A stretch of DNA of 64,000 nucleotides. Origin: Stegostoma tigrinum (lineage: Eukaryota). Position numbers and translations under genes: made by a program. The notes under the pieces were generated by a model that saw only the letters and a program-made list of their open reading frames with translations, was not told the origin of the DNA and searched no databases. The stretch is from contig NC_081400.1 in NCBI RefSeq assembly GCF_030684315.1, positions 3,465,795-3,529,794 of the forward strand, written 5' to 3'. This document shows, piece after piece, positions 1-11,761 of this stretch; the first letter of the stretch is position 1, and each line of letters opens with the position of its first letter.

Positions 1-1243
1 ATCAGATATTTCCAACAACCCCGCAGGAAGTTCGAATAGAAATTGCAGGGGCCCTGGCTGACATATTTGCAGCATTCTCAGCCACGGGTACAGTTTCAAA
101 ATGCAGGCTGGTAGCAAATGGTTTGCCCTTATTCAGGGAGCGCTGCAGAGAAAAATCCTGGGAATCATATACCAGCAAGTTTGAAATCTGTGGTAGGGAA
201 TTTCCTTGAGAAGATTCTGGAGGATAAAATGTACATACGTTTGGAAACTTAGCGTTTGATTCGAACTGGTCAGAATGGCTTTGTGGTTGGCAGATCATGC
301 CTCACAAACTTGTTCGAGTTCTTTGATGAAGTGATCAAGAAGGTTGATAAAGGCATGTCGGTCGTCGTACTCAAGATCAGTTTCAGTGGGGGTTTTGATA
401 AGATGCCACACAGCAAGATGCTCTGGAAGTTTAATATTGCATGCAATCCAGTGAGAGCTCGCAAATTGGACACACGCTTGGCTATTGATAGGAAGCAGAG
501 ACTAATACTGGAAGGATGCATGTCAGACTGGAGAACTGTGAGTTATCCTGTTCCTCAGGGATCGGTGCTGAGCCATTGCTTTTGTTACGTGTATCAAAGT
601 GTGTATGAGAATGTTTAAGGTATGATTGTTAAGGTTGCATATGACACGAAAAAAGTGGATCCATGGACAGTGAGAAAAGTTATCCGAAATTGCAGCAGCA
701 TCTTGTTCAGTTGTGGAAGTGCTCTGAGAAATAGTAAATGGAGTTAAACATCGATAAGTGTGAGATGTTGCATTTTGAAAAGTCAAATCAAGGAAGGAGT
801 TTCATTCTGAATGGTAGGACCTTAAAAAGTGTAGTGGGAAACAGTGACCTTACAGCTCAAGTACAGTGATCTCTGAAAGTGGATTCACAGGTAGACAGGA
901 AATCAAGAAGACTTTACACGGACTGGCCGACATCAATCAGGGCATTGAGTACAGAAGTTGAGAAGTTACGTTGCAATTGTTCAGGTCGCTGGTGAGTCTG
1001 CACTTGGAGTACTGTGTTAAGTTTTGGATCTATTTGCTATAGAAAGGATGTTATTAAACTGGAAACTGGCTGACGAAATTAGATGTTTGCTGCCAGGACT
1101 CAAGGGACTGACTTATAAGGAGAGGTTGGTCGAATTTTATTTTCATTCATAGGAGACTGAAAGAGTGTTGTATAGAAAAATTTCAGATCATCAGGTGCAT
1201 TGATAGGGTGAATACACTCAGCCTTTTCCACAGGGTTTGGAAT
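1..1243 (+). mobile_element. Degenerate CR1-type LINE fragment (RT region)
   Basis: ORF 256-618 reads GQNGFVVGRSCLTNLFEFFDEVIKK...FDKMPH...VPQGSVL, which are CR1 RT motifs; many stops and frameshifts. Paralogous to 35843-37035. Confidence 0.9.
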
Positions 1244-4200
1244 GGAGGAAGGGATAAGCATGATTGAAGGGATGGTGTGTGTTACAGAGGTCCAGAGTGA
1301 TTTAGGAGCTGGAGAAGTTGACAGTGATTGGAAGGGGAGTAGGGTCTGGAGGAGGTGGTAGTGGAGAGTGAGTGGGCAGAGCTGGAGGCATTTACAGTGA
1401 TTGGGAGGCGTGTGTGATCTGGAAGAGGTGGCATAGACCACGTCTTGGAAGGTGTTGAAGGAAGTTATAGAGATAAGGAGTGGCCTAAGGGCTGGAGAAG
1501 GGTGCAGAGCTGGGGAGGTGAACAGCGATTGGAGGATGGCATGGATATTGAGTGATTTTTAGACCTGGGGGAGACCACAGTGATATGGAGATGTTTTGGT
1601 GTTTTAGGAGATAACAGAGATCGGGCTGGATATAAGGCCTTCAGGTGGTGACAGAGAGGAGAAGGGGATCGGGACTGGAGGAGATGTGAGAGATCAGAAG
1701 TGCATAGGGCCTAGCTGAAGAGAAGGCACGCAGAGTCTGGATGATTCAAAAATTTCGGCAGGGCTGTTGGATTTTTTTGAAGTTACAGAGGTGGTCAGAG
1801 GTGTAGGGCTGAGGTTGCCAACAGATTGAGGGACAGGCATGGGGACTGGAAATTGTGACACAGATAGGGAGGTTTGGAGGTACTGGATGAAGTATCAGAA
1901 ATAAGGAGGGCTGTGGGCGCTGGATTTTGCTTACAGAAATAGGAAGGGGTGTTGGGTCGGTTAAAAGACTGAATAGGGGCACCGTTTCATGCAGCGTCAC
2001 GGTGCTGGAGGAAGTAAGAACGATATGGAGGGTGATACGGAAATGAGGTGCTCAGAGTGGTAGGAGTGTAGGTGCTTGAGGAATTGACAGATAGAGGAAG
2101 GAATCTCGGAGCTGGAGGGAGTGGCAGAGATAGAGAAAGGAGTATGGGCTGGAGGACTGTATGGAGATAGGGTGGGATATGGCGACAGGAAAAGTTGACA
2201 GATATTAGGAATGGTGAAGGGTATGGAGTCAGTTACAGATCTAGGGAAGGATGTAGGGCTCGAGGTTGCTTACAGAGAAAAGGAAAAGTACATGGTCTGG
2301 AGATTTGACAAGTATACAGAGGGATGTAGGGACTTTACAGAGATTTAGAGAGAAGTCGGTGCTGGAGGAGTTGACAGAGCTGGGGAGGGGTGAATGGACT
2401 GGATGAAGTTACTGAGATACGGAGGTGTGTTTGGTTGGAGGTGCTGATGCTGGCAGATAGAGATATAGGGACTGATGTAGATGACAGAGATAGGGAGTGG
2501 TGTAAGGGCTGAGTGAGCTGACAGAGTGAAGGAGAGGCGTCGATATAGAGGGGGTTGCAGTGATTGAGCGGGATGTAACTGTTGAAGGAGGTTACTAAGA
2601 TCGTGCGTTGCGTAAGGCCTAGAGGATATCACAGACATAAGGAGGGGTGTTGGGTCTGGAGTTGACTGCAGAGATGGGAAGGGGTGAAGGAACTGGTGGA
2701 TGTGGCAGTGATATGGGCTGGAGGATATTATAGATACAGGGAGGGGTGCAGGTGACGGAGGAGATGGAAGTGATTGGAAATTATCTGGGGGCTGGAGGAG
2801 ATTATATAAATAAGGAAGGCTGTAGAGATGGCTCAGATTTGCACAGGTACAGATGTGTCCATGAGCTGGAAAGGTTTACTCAGATGAGGAACAGTCCAGG
2901 TGCTGGAGGAGGTGACAGAAATAGGGAAGGGTAGAAGATCTTGAGCAGTTTATAGAGCTAAGAAGGCGCTAGAGTAGATGAAAGAGATAGGGAGTGTTCT
3001 TTCTGCTGGAGTAGAGGACAGAAATAGGGACGAAAGTGTACGAACTGAAGGATGCAAAATCGATAAGGAGGGGTGTAGGGATGGAGAGACTGTAGTGATA
3101 TGAAGGGTGGATCTTTTGGAGGAGGGTACAGAGAGAGCAGGTTTCGTAGGTGTTCGCGTAGGTTACAGAGATGTCAATGGAATTTATGGCTGGAGTTGAT
3201 TGCAGAGATAGGATTGTGTGGACGGAAGGGATTAGATAAGCGTGGAAAGGTGGAATTATCTGATGGAACTATCTAGTGAGGAGTACACGCATCTCAGGTG
3301 ATGGCAGAACTATGGACGTGTGAACGTGCTGGAGGCATTGACTGTAAGAGATAGAAGCAGGATCTCAAGGGAATGGCACTGATTGGGAAGTGTGTAGGAA
3401 CTGGAGAAGGGAATGGTGATAGAATAGGATAGAGGGGCTGGAGAAGGCGACAGTGATGGGAAGCTGTTCAAGGGATGGAAGTGGTTAAAGAGATAGGGAC
3501 GGACATAGGGGCTGGAGGTATTTACAATGATAGTGGGAGTTTCTGAGACTGGTAGACTTCATGATGAAACAGTGGACTACAGGAATAAGTAGGGCTGTAG
3601 AGCCAGGGAGAAATACAGGATCTGGAGGATGTTACATACAATGGAAAGAGGTCCCGAGTTCAAATAGATTCAGAGGCAGCGAGGGCATGGGGCTGGAGTA
3701 GGTTACTGGGATAGGGTGAATTTCGAGGGCTAGAGGAGTTAACAAACATGAAGGAGAGCAATGGAGCTGATTGGACATTTCTGGGAAACACTATTGCAAA
3801 CTGACCTGGTTACATTGGTAAGCACTGGAGATATTATCAGAAATACTGAAGAATCAAGGGTTTGGAGGATGTGGCAGAGACAATGAAGGATGTTGGAAAT
3901 GGAAAGGGCATTGAGATTTGGTGGGATATATGATTTTGAGGAAGTGACATATTGGAAAGGGATTAGTGCTCAACATGATTAAAGAGTTAGGGAGTTGTTC
4001 ATGGGCTGGAGGAGGGTGTGGTGATAAAGTGGCATATAATGACCTGAGGAGGTACCATGATTTGGAAGAAGTCTGTGGCTGCAAGTGGTTCCAGAGAAAG
4101 CAAGTGGCATAAGGTCTGGAGACGGTTGCAGAGATATTGAGACATATTGGGCTGAGAGGATGTACAGAACTAGGGAGTGGGAAAGGGACTTGAGGATGGG

Positions 4201-4870
4201 GTAGGGTGGGATGAAGGGAATGGAGGAATCTATCGACAAAGGAAGGGATGTTACAGGGAGAAGAATATCTTTCGGAGCCGAAGCGTACAGTGAGGGGAGT
4301 ACCATCTTTAAAAGGTGGCAGTTAGACAATAATGGAGGGATTGAAGCAATTGCAGAGATAGGGAGTGGTGTCGGGGCTTCTGGAGATGGCAAACATAAGG
4401 AAAGCTTTATTGACTGGAAATGGCAAAAGAGATCGGTTATGGGTGTCACGTTTGTGAAAAATAAGAGCGGTCGAGAGTGGTAAAATGTTCTCAAGAACAC
4501 TACAGAGGTAGGGAGGGGCGTTGTGGATGGAGGGAGTGGCACTGATATGGAGGGTTTTAAGTGTTGTGGATGTAAGACGGGAGAGTTATCGGGACATGAG
4601 GTAGTTACAGTGAAATCAAAGGCTGTAAACATTGACAGTCAGAGTGAGGAATTTCGGGTCTGGAAGATGTGGCACAGACAGGGAATGATGTTGAGACCAA
4701 AGGAGAGTATGGCGATAGGGCTGCATATAGGGGTTGGAGCGGGTGACAGAAATCGTGAAGGGCTCAGTAGGTTGAAGCACTTTACAGAGATGAGGAGTGG
4801 TTGGAGGAGGGCTTGGTGATACTATGGAATATAGGGACTGGAGGGCGTTTCAGGGATAGGGCTGGAGAAT
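1244..4870. repeat. Degenerate G/A-rich ~37-bp satellite, copy A
   Basis: Recurrent GGGCTGGAGGAGGTTACAGAGATAGGGAGG-like units with strong purine bias on +; colinear with 37497-41140. Confidence 0.85.
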
Positions 4871-5747
4871 TAAACCTGGTGTGAGGTCTGACGTGGTCCT
4901 GGCGTGTTTGGGAACAGGAGTAAAATGGAGAATGAAAGACTGTAGAAGATAAACATCAGGAGCCCACTTCGGTTATTTCGAGTGGCTCACGGCCCTGTTG
5001 GTGGTAATGTGTGACATGTCTGAGAAGGTGAGGGTTTGATGGAGCCTCTGTATTTTCCCTCCTGCTTGTGGGTGAAGCCACAGCTGCCTGTGTGATGTTT
5101 TGAAGCCCACAACTGATTGTGGGGCTGCTGCTAATCGCTCAGTGATCAGAGAGGTTTCAGTTCCACTGCCAATATGACCCTCCTCTTCCCCTACATCTGG
5201 AGCGAGCGACCGCACCACCTGCAGCCCCTCCACAAACAGGCCAAATAGAGCGTCACTTCTGTTCTCGGAAGCTAAAATGAGGCACTTGAAACACCACTCA
5301 GCTCCCCCGAGATTGAGGTCAGGAGACAACGCTGCATTGAGGGCCGACACAGAGTCAGACTAAGACCCAGCTCTCAAACAATGTGAATCATCATTGGAGT
5401 GGCTTCGAATGGACTGCTGAAGTGTCGTTCTTGTATCGCAGCTTTCAAAGGAACAAAACTTCAAGAACAAGGGAAGACTCCAATTGAGAGAGACGAGGCC
5501 ATTCAGCCTTCCACCTTTCTCTGCCTTTCCCACCATACCACTTTCATTCACCATGTACATCGATTCAGTCAGTGCACAAAATTCTATACTGTAAAGTATT
5601 CCATAGACATAGAGAACGCTACCAACCTCTGAGCCGCATAACTTTTTCATCTCAGTAGAAAAAGCCTTGTCCCTATCCCACCCCTTCAAGAAATTTTCTG
5701 TTTTCCTATTCTTCCAACAAAAGTGGACAAATCCATATTTCGCAAAT
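4871..5747. other. Conserved non-coding block upstream of IgL cluster A
   Basis: Aligns by eye with 41140-42016 and with 60855-61041 + 63652-64000. Confidence 0.85.
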
Positions 5748-6214
5748 GGAATTTTATCAACTGCTTCGAACCAAATATTATTGTATTCTATATTCCATTT
5801 CAGTCTTGCTATTCCACTTCAAATATTTCCCTTCCATAGTGATTCGTATCTTCATCTCCAGCACTCGTTTCAGCATTTCTAAATATTTCTTCAATGTGGA
5901 TGAGGGTTTTTACCGCAACCATCCTTACAGTCAGTGTGTTCCAGATACCAACCAAACTCTGCTTGAAAACCATTTTTCTCACATGTGCTCGAAACCTCCT
6001 GTCCCTTCAGTTAAACCTGTTCTCCATTGTCAGCAAGGACACCTTGGGCTGGAGGGCCTTTTGCTGTCCTCTGGGCCTTTCTGAGAGTGTGACTCTGACA
6101 CAAAGCAAGGACCGAAATAAAAGAGAAGTGTATATTTTCAACAAGGAGTTGCATGTAGTTTTCAGGGCTACAGGGATCAAACGTTATGGTGGAGCAAGTG
6201 GAAACAGGGGACTG

Positions 6215-6325
6215 AGTTAAAAACAAAAAACTGAAGTTTCTGGAAAAGCTCAGCAGGTCTGGTAGCATCTGTGAAGAATAATCAGAGCTAACACTTTGGG
6301 TCCGGTGATCCTTCCTCAGAACTGG
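6215..6325 (-). mobile_element. Penelope-like terminal-repeat fragment with degenerate hammerhead core
   Basis: Reverse complement reads CTGAGGAAGGATCACCGGACCCAAAGTGTTAGC; same family as 30730-30870 and 32390-32530. Confidence 0.55.
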
Positions 6326-6513
6326 ATCATACATATTCGTCTTGAATGGCAGACAAGGCTCGATGGGCTGAATAGCCTCCGTCTGACACTACTTGCTGTG
6401 CTCCAATGAACACAAAGACCATTCGAACATTAAACATGCACAAACCTGAAAATTCAGTCTGTGGATAACGATGCAGGAAGCCAGAAATAGATCGGTGAAA
6501 ACCCGGAGTGTCG

Positions 6514-6559
6514 ATTTGCCTGCTCTCTGCCCCTTCATTTACATTCCAGTGAATAAATA
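6514..6559 (+). promoter_or_regulatory. IgL V promoter: octamer variants and TATA-like box
   Basis: ATTTGCCT (6514-6521) and ATTTACAT (6537-6544) each differ by one base from the light-chain octamer ATTTGCAT; AATAAATA at 6552-6559; about 130-170 bp upstream of the leader ATG. Confidence 0.65.
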
Positions 6560-6684
6560 GAGCTAGACGACCCTCTCTCGTTTACCGAGCCTGGGTGCAG
6601 GGTGGATCCCGGTAGTTTACAACAAACAGTTCGACTGAGGACAACACCTGGGCAGTTGGCTGTTTTACCACATTCTCCAAGGAA

Positions 6685-6733
6685 ATGTTTTCCATGGTGC
6701 ATCTACTGTGGGCCCTGCTGCTCCATGTAACAG
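6685..6733 (+). CDS. Ig light chain leader exon (MFSMVHLLWALLLHVT-G)
   Basis: Hydrophobic signal peptide; phase-1 donor AG|GTCAGA at 6734; 107-nt intron ending TTCATTGTAG at 6840. Confidence 0.92.
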
Positions 6734-6840
6734 GTCAGAAATTGCTCTGGGTTAATGTCTGCCCATTAAACACTGGGCGATGCTCTTTCACAGCCGCTGG
6801 CAAAGTCACTCAAAGTGTGTCCGTGTTTCTTTCATTGTAG

Positions 6841-7200
6841 GTACCTTGGCCGTTCCTGTCCTCATTCAGAGTCCAATGTCTGACCCAGTCTCCGCCGGCC
6901 AGACCACCCAGTTGAACTGTGCGATGCAGAACGGGAAAGTGGGCAGCTACTACGTGTACTGGTACCGACAGAAACCCGGAGAGGCCCCGGTGTGGGTGAT
7001 TGAGCATCAGCCTGATGGTAATATATACAGGGGCACCGGTTTCACTGACCGTTTCCAACCTTCTCGAGACTCCATCAGTAACAGTTTCATCTTAACCATC
7101 GGAAACCTGGTCTCCAGTGACTCCGCCGTCTATTACTGTGCTATGTGGGATAGCTCAGCAAGTGATATCTTCGGAGGTGGAACTGCCCTGACCGTTCGGA
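6841..7200 (+). CDS. Ig light chain germline-joined VJ exon, type I (NS5 / sigma-cart)-like
   Basis: VPVLIQSPMSDPVSAGQTTQLNC...WYRQKPGEAP...DSAVYYC-AMWDSSASDI-FGGGTALTVR. V runs straight into J in frame with no RSS; donor A|GTAAGT at 7201. Isotype assigned from resemblance to shark type I V regions. Confidence 0.95.
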
Positions 7201-7306
7201 GTAAGTGATCCTCTTTTCTCTTTCTCTGTCATTCATACCAGTTCAACTTTTGGAGTAAGTGATCCTCTTTTCTCTTTCTCTGTCATTCATACCAGTTCAA
7301 CTTTTG
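7198..7306 (+). repeat. Perfect 54-bp tandem duplication spanning the J splice donor
   Basis: GGAGTAAGTGATCCTCTTTTCTCTTTCTCTGTCATTCATACCAGTTCAACTTTT at 7198-7251 and again at 7252-7305. Confidence 0.95.
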
Positions 7307-8775
7307 TCCAACCAGAGTCGATTTTGTTCTCTGGATTCACAATTTAACAGATTCTGCAACAAATCCAACCCAGACGCACAAGTCAGAGTGTTACATCAAT
7401 AATTTTCTCACTCACTCACGCAGGTCAGAATATGATTTATCTTAATAATTTTCTCACAGATTCGTACAGGTCAGTATGGTTTATAGATATTAACCATTCT
7501 CTCGCTCTTTCATGGACACCAACAGACCAGTGTGTTATTGATCTTAAACATTCTCTGGCAGATGCATGCAGAACTGAGTCTTATTTTCATCACATATGTC
7601 AGACAGATTATTGTAATGATTTTTCTCTCACTCATACATGTCAGTGTTCCTTTAATAATTCCGTCTCCCTCACAGGCACACGCGGTTCAGAGTGTTATTC
7701 ATCTTATTTATTCACTCTCTTCCTATCCGTCTCTCTCACACACAAAGGTCAGAGACATGTTACTGGCCCTCTCTCTCCCGCACACAGGCCAGTGTGTTTT
7801 ATATATATTAGTAATTCCCTTTCTCTGTCTCCCTGTCTCTCACACACAGGTCAGCGTGTTATTTATATTCATAATTCTCTCACACACAAACAGACACAGG
7901 TCAGACATTATATCAATAATCCTCCACACATCGAGGTCAATGTTACATTTATAATTCTATCTCTCAGAAACACACAAACATCACAGATTACAACAATAAC
8001 TCTCTCTAATAAACAGATCTGAGTGTTATTTACATGAACAATTCTCTCTCAAAATCGGACAATTATCAGATAGATGATATCAATAATTCTCTCACCGATA
8101 CACATGTCAGGGTTCATTAAATTCTTTTCTTTCAAACATTGATAGGTACCTGATACATTAATTCTCTCTCACAAAAACTCACAGGCAATTTAATGTTTAT
8201 AATTCGCCCTCTCTGTAACACACAGATCGGTTAGCAAATCATTTACATTAGCAATTCTGTCTGTCACAAACACACAGGTTAAAGATTCTGACAATAATTA
8301 TCTCGTAGACACACTCATCAGTTTTACATTGATAATTCTCTCTCTCACAAAGACACACAGGTCACAGTGTTAATTCCACTAATAATTTTCTATCTCCCTA
8401 CATTTGCCTCTCCTTCTCTCTCTTAGAAACACACACACGGAGGTGAAGTGCTCCTGAGGTTCGAAATTATTTCTCTCTCCCTCTTTCATACTCTCTCACA
8501 AACACAGGTCAGTGTTGACATCAATAATTCTGTCTCACACAAGTCAGACAGGTCTTCTTCCGATTTCTCTCAAACACAGCTCAGCGTCTTACATATGTTA
8601 ATAATTATCTCTCACATAGGCCTGGGTGTTATGTATGTATTCATAATTATCTCATACCCACAGTTCAAATTGATAGATCAATGATTCTTGCCCGCTGTAT
8701 TTACACACACAATGTGACATTGATCATTCCATCTCACACAAACATGTAGCAGTTAGAGTGTCATTTCGATCAATA

Positions 8776-8930
8776 NNNNNNNNNNNNNNNNNNNNNNNNN
8801 NNNNNNNNNNNNNNNNNNNNNNNNNNNNNNNNNNNNNNNNNNNNNNNNNNNNNNNNNNNNNNNNNNNNNNNNNNNNNNNNNNNNNNNNNNNNNNNNNNNN
8901 NNNNNNNNNNNNNNNNNNNNNNNNNNNNNN
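8776..8930. other. Assembly gap
   Basis: Run of N. Confidence 1.
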
Positions 8931-9144
8931 GAAATAATGCTTCTCTCTTTCAAAAGCGCAGAGGTCAACGTTTTACTTTTATTCATTATTCTCTCACACA
9001 TTCTCTCTCACTCACAAACAAAGACACAGCTCGAAAATTAAATCTACACTTCTGTCACAGCAAGTCGTTTGTTTTCTTAATAATTGTCTGTCTTACTCAA
9101 ATACACCAGTTAGATTGTCATCCCTGTTAGTAATTATCTCTCTA

Positions 9145-9492
9145 TTCATTCATGGGATGAGGGATTCACTGGCGAGGCAGCACTTACTGCCGATCACTAA
9201 TTGCCCTGAGGAGAGCTAAGAGTCAACCACATTGCTGTGGTCTGGAGTCACGTGTTGGCCAGATCAGGTAAGATGGCAGTTTCCTTTCCTTAAGGACATG
9301 AGTGAGGCAGATGGGTTTTTCTAACAATCAACAATGGATTCACAGTCATTATTAGGTTCTTAATTCCAGATATGTATTGACTTCCAATTCCATCATCTGC
9401 TGTGGTGGGATTCGAACCAGGGTCTCCAGGACTTTATCTGGGCCCTTGGATTAACAGCTCAGTCATAAAAACATTAGGCCATTTCCTCCCCT
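9145..9492 (-). mobile_element. SacSINE1/Deu-type SINE
   Basis: Reverse complement has a tRNA-like head (GGTTCGAATCCC) and the core ...GACTCCAGACCACAGCAATGTGGTTGACTCTT...GGGCAATTAG. Confidence 0.7.
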
Positions 9493-10021
9493 CATATTCA
9501 TGCACAAACACACAGATCAGAGTTTGCATCAATAATTCTTTCTCACATACACAAGTCAGATTGTGAATCTCAACATTTCATTCACACACTGGCCACACTG
9601 TTCTATTTATAAATAATTCTCTCTCGCACGCAGGTCAGGCAGTTGGATTAATTACTCCCACACTCTCTGTCTCGCGCTCTCACACACTTGCACACACGGA
9701 CACCACACATGAACACACAAACCCATGCAAATGTCAGAGAGCTGTATAAATACTTCACTCACTCACTGTCACAGACACTGACAGGTCAGATTGTCACAGA
9801 AATTAATAATTCTCACATGCATAGGTTTGGCAGATAATCACACACAAGCATATATGTAAATACTGTTCTGTCTTACATGCAGGTCAGATAGTTACATTGA
9901 CACATTTCTACCTTTCTGAGTCTTCTATCTATTAGTAATTCTCCATCACGCACACAGGTGAGAATGTTTCTCTTCATACATCCCATCATCTCTCTACCTC
10001 TCTCTCTTTCCCCACACACAG

Positions 10022-10344
10022 GTAGTGATGATCGGAAACCATCCGTACTTCTGCTCCCACCTTCCCCAGAACAAATCGACACGGGATCAGCCACTCTGTC
10101 CTGTCTGGTGAGTCGCTTTAAGCCTGGCCTCGTGCAGGTCCTCTGGAGCGTGGATGGGAAAGAGACAGACAGTGGAGTGACCACAAGTGCCGTGTCCCCA
10201 GATAGTGATCAAAGCTACAGCCTGAGCAGTTACCTGACAGTCACGGCCACTGACTGGAAGAAAGGTTCCAGATATTCCTGCAGTGTGAGGCACGGATCAC
10301 TGACCTCGCCTCTCCTCAACACCATCAGCTCCAGCGACTGTTAG
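10022..10344 (+). CDS. Ig light chain constant exon, cluster A
   Basis: Acceptor CACACAG| in phase 1; SDDRKPSVLLLPPS...ATLSCLV...LW...YSLSSYL...YSCSVRHGSL...SSSDC*, a C1-set domain with C-terminal Cys. L+VJ+C = 732 nt, 243 aa. Confidence 0.95.
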
Positions 10345-10614
10345 TTCTGAGGCATAAAATGCAAGTGTCAGTCACTGTGTGTGATGCGGCATTATGTTGT
10401 TTGCTTTTGTTTCGCAATGTAACTTTTGCAGTAATGTCAGCATTTGGTGTACAACCCGATCATTGAGGGACGTGAGGAGGGAGTGAAATGATTGTTCTGA
10501 TTGGGGAGCAGTGATTTCCTGCTGCAATCGAATTCATGGGTAGAACGGAGAGCAATCTCCCCTTCTGAATAATGAACAAGATGCATTTGTGAACTTTGTG
10601 TAAACACAGCTCTG

Positions 10615-10620
10615 ATTAAA
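10615..10620 (+). terminator. Putative poly(A) signal ATTAAA, cluster A
   Basis: Occupies the position homologous to AATAAA at 45445-45450 in cluster B. Confidence 0.6.
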
Positions 10621-11761
10621 TACGAAATGTTACCAAGAAATGACGGTTCATTATCATTGAACACCGAGAACAACTCTGAGGGTCTTGACAATGGATAGTT
10701 TACACCTGTGACAATAATACACAGAATTGCATTAAATGATGGTATGGGAATGTACATCATTAAAGTTCACCTGAATCACTTTCTTTAGGTGACAAGATCC
10801 CGATTCTACCCCACTCCCAGTGGGAACAAGTCTCCAACACTCCCCCACTCCCCTCAGAGCTAGAGACACCATCATCTCCTGCGTCTCCCATCTGAAGGAG
10901 TCGCATGATCTCTATACCTGAGGTAGCTTCTCCTGGTTTCCTGTCTGAATTTAATGGATCTGGTTTTGTTGGCTAAAGAAATGGAATGTTCCATTCCATC
11001 CAATCCTCAGAATTTTCAAAACTGCAAACACACAATATCCCTCAGCCCCCTTTTCTAGAGAGAATTGTAACAGGTTGGTCAGTGTCTCTTGATGAATCCA
11101 ACCTCCCAGTTCAGTCATTAATCTTGTCGAAGATAACACCTTTTCGATTGCCTCTGTAATTTTGAAAGAATTGGGTGCCCTGGAATTTAATCCTTAGTGC
11201 AGCCTAATTAAAAAGAGTGGTAGCGGGTTTATCGTGTAAAATACACGCTGTCAGGTGCAGCAGATTGAGTGTCATGAACAGGTAATCTGCAGAGAGGTTT
11301 CTATGCCAGCCTTGTTTCACATTCCAGCACTTTATGTGTTCATATACAAACACACACAAGCAGGGGACATTTATTCCACCATGCGTACAAACTGCTTCAT
11401 ACCAACAACACGTGCCTGAGTGAGACTTTTGCCTCTCCACTCCCCACTTCGACCACGGCTCTGCACTAACTCTGCGTCTGAGTGACAGACAAAAAGCTTT
11501 CGTTGCGGGTAGAGAGCCTTTGCCGTGTCCTACCTCAGTCAGACTGACCTATACTTCCTCAGGGAAACTTCTTTAGGATATAGGCAGAGGCCGTCGGAGG
11601 AGACTGTTCCCACTGGGGAGAGAGCTCATAACTGGACTGGTGTGGGTAGTGGGAGTAAGAATTGTCGTGTATTTTTTTCTAGCCAAGAGAGTCGTCATGA
11701 TGTAGCCCCCAGGAATGTAGAAGGAGATGGGATAGGCGCTTACGATGCGTGGATAGAGCAG

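Larger units (their letters stand above)
7370..10021 (+). repeat. J-C intron degenerate minisatellite (ATAATTCTCTCT..CACACAGGTCAG), cluster A
   Basis: Many ~35-55-bp units; interrupted by an N gap and a SINE. Confidence 0.8.

Noticed and set aside
1244-4870. Many ORFs, and a true Ig class-switch region
   Set aside because: The ORFs are low-complexity by-products of the satellite. Light-chain loci do not class switch, and the resemblance is compositional only.
4973-5350. Minus-strand ORF MSALNAALSPDL... shared with 41260-41613
   Set aside because: Similarity is explained by the duplication. It starts at GTG, the C-termini differ by frameshift, and copy C has an in-frame TAG (about 63928-63930).
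7163-7170. Palindromic GATATC at the VJ junction as P nucleotides
   Set aside because: The paralogous J begins ATCGATC, so the J end looks trimmed. P nucleotides need an untrimmed end, and the germline V end is unknown.
8360-8400. CACAGTG heptamers in the J-C introns (also about 43134 and 44668) as RSS
   Set aside because: No nonamer at 12 or 23 bp spacing; they are variants of the minisatellite unit.
9958-10021. N-terminal extensions of the C-exon ORFs (9958 and 44784) and the V ORF (6780) in the ORF track
   Set aside because: These are intronic read-through upstream of clear splice acceptors.
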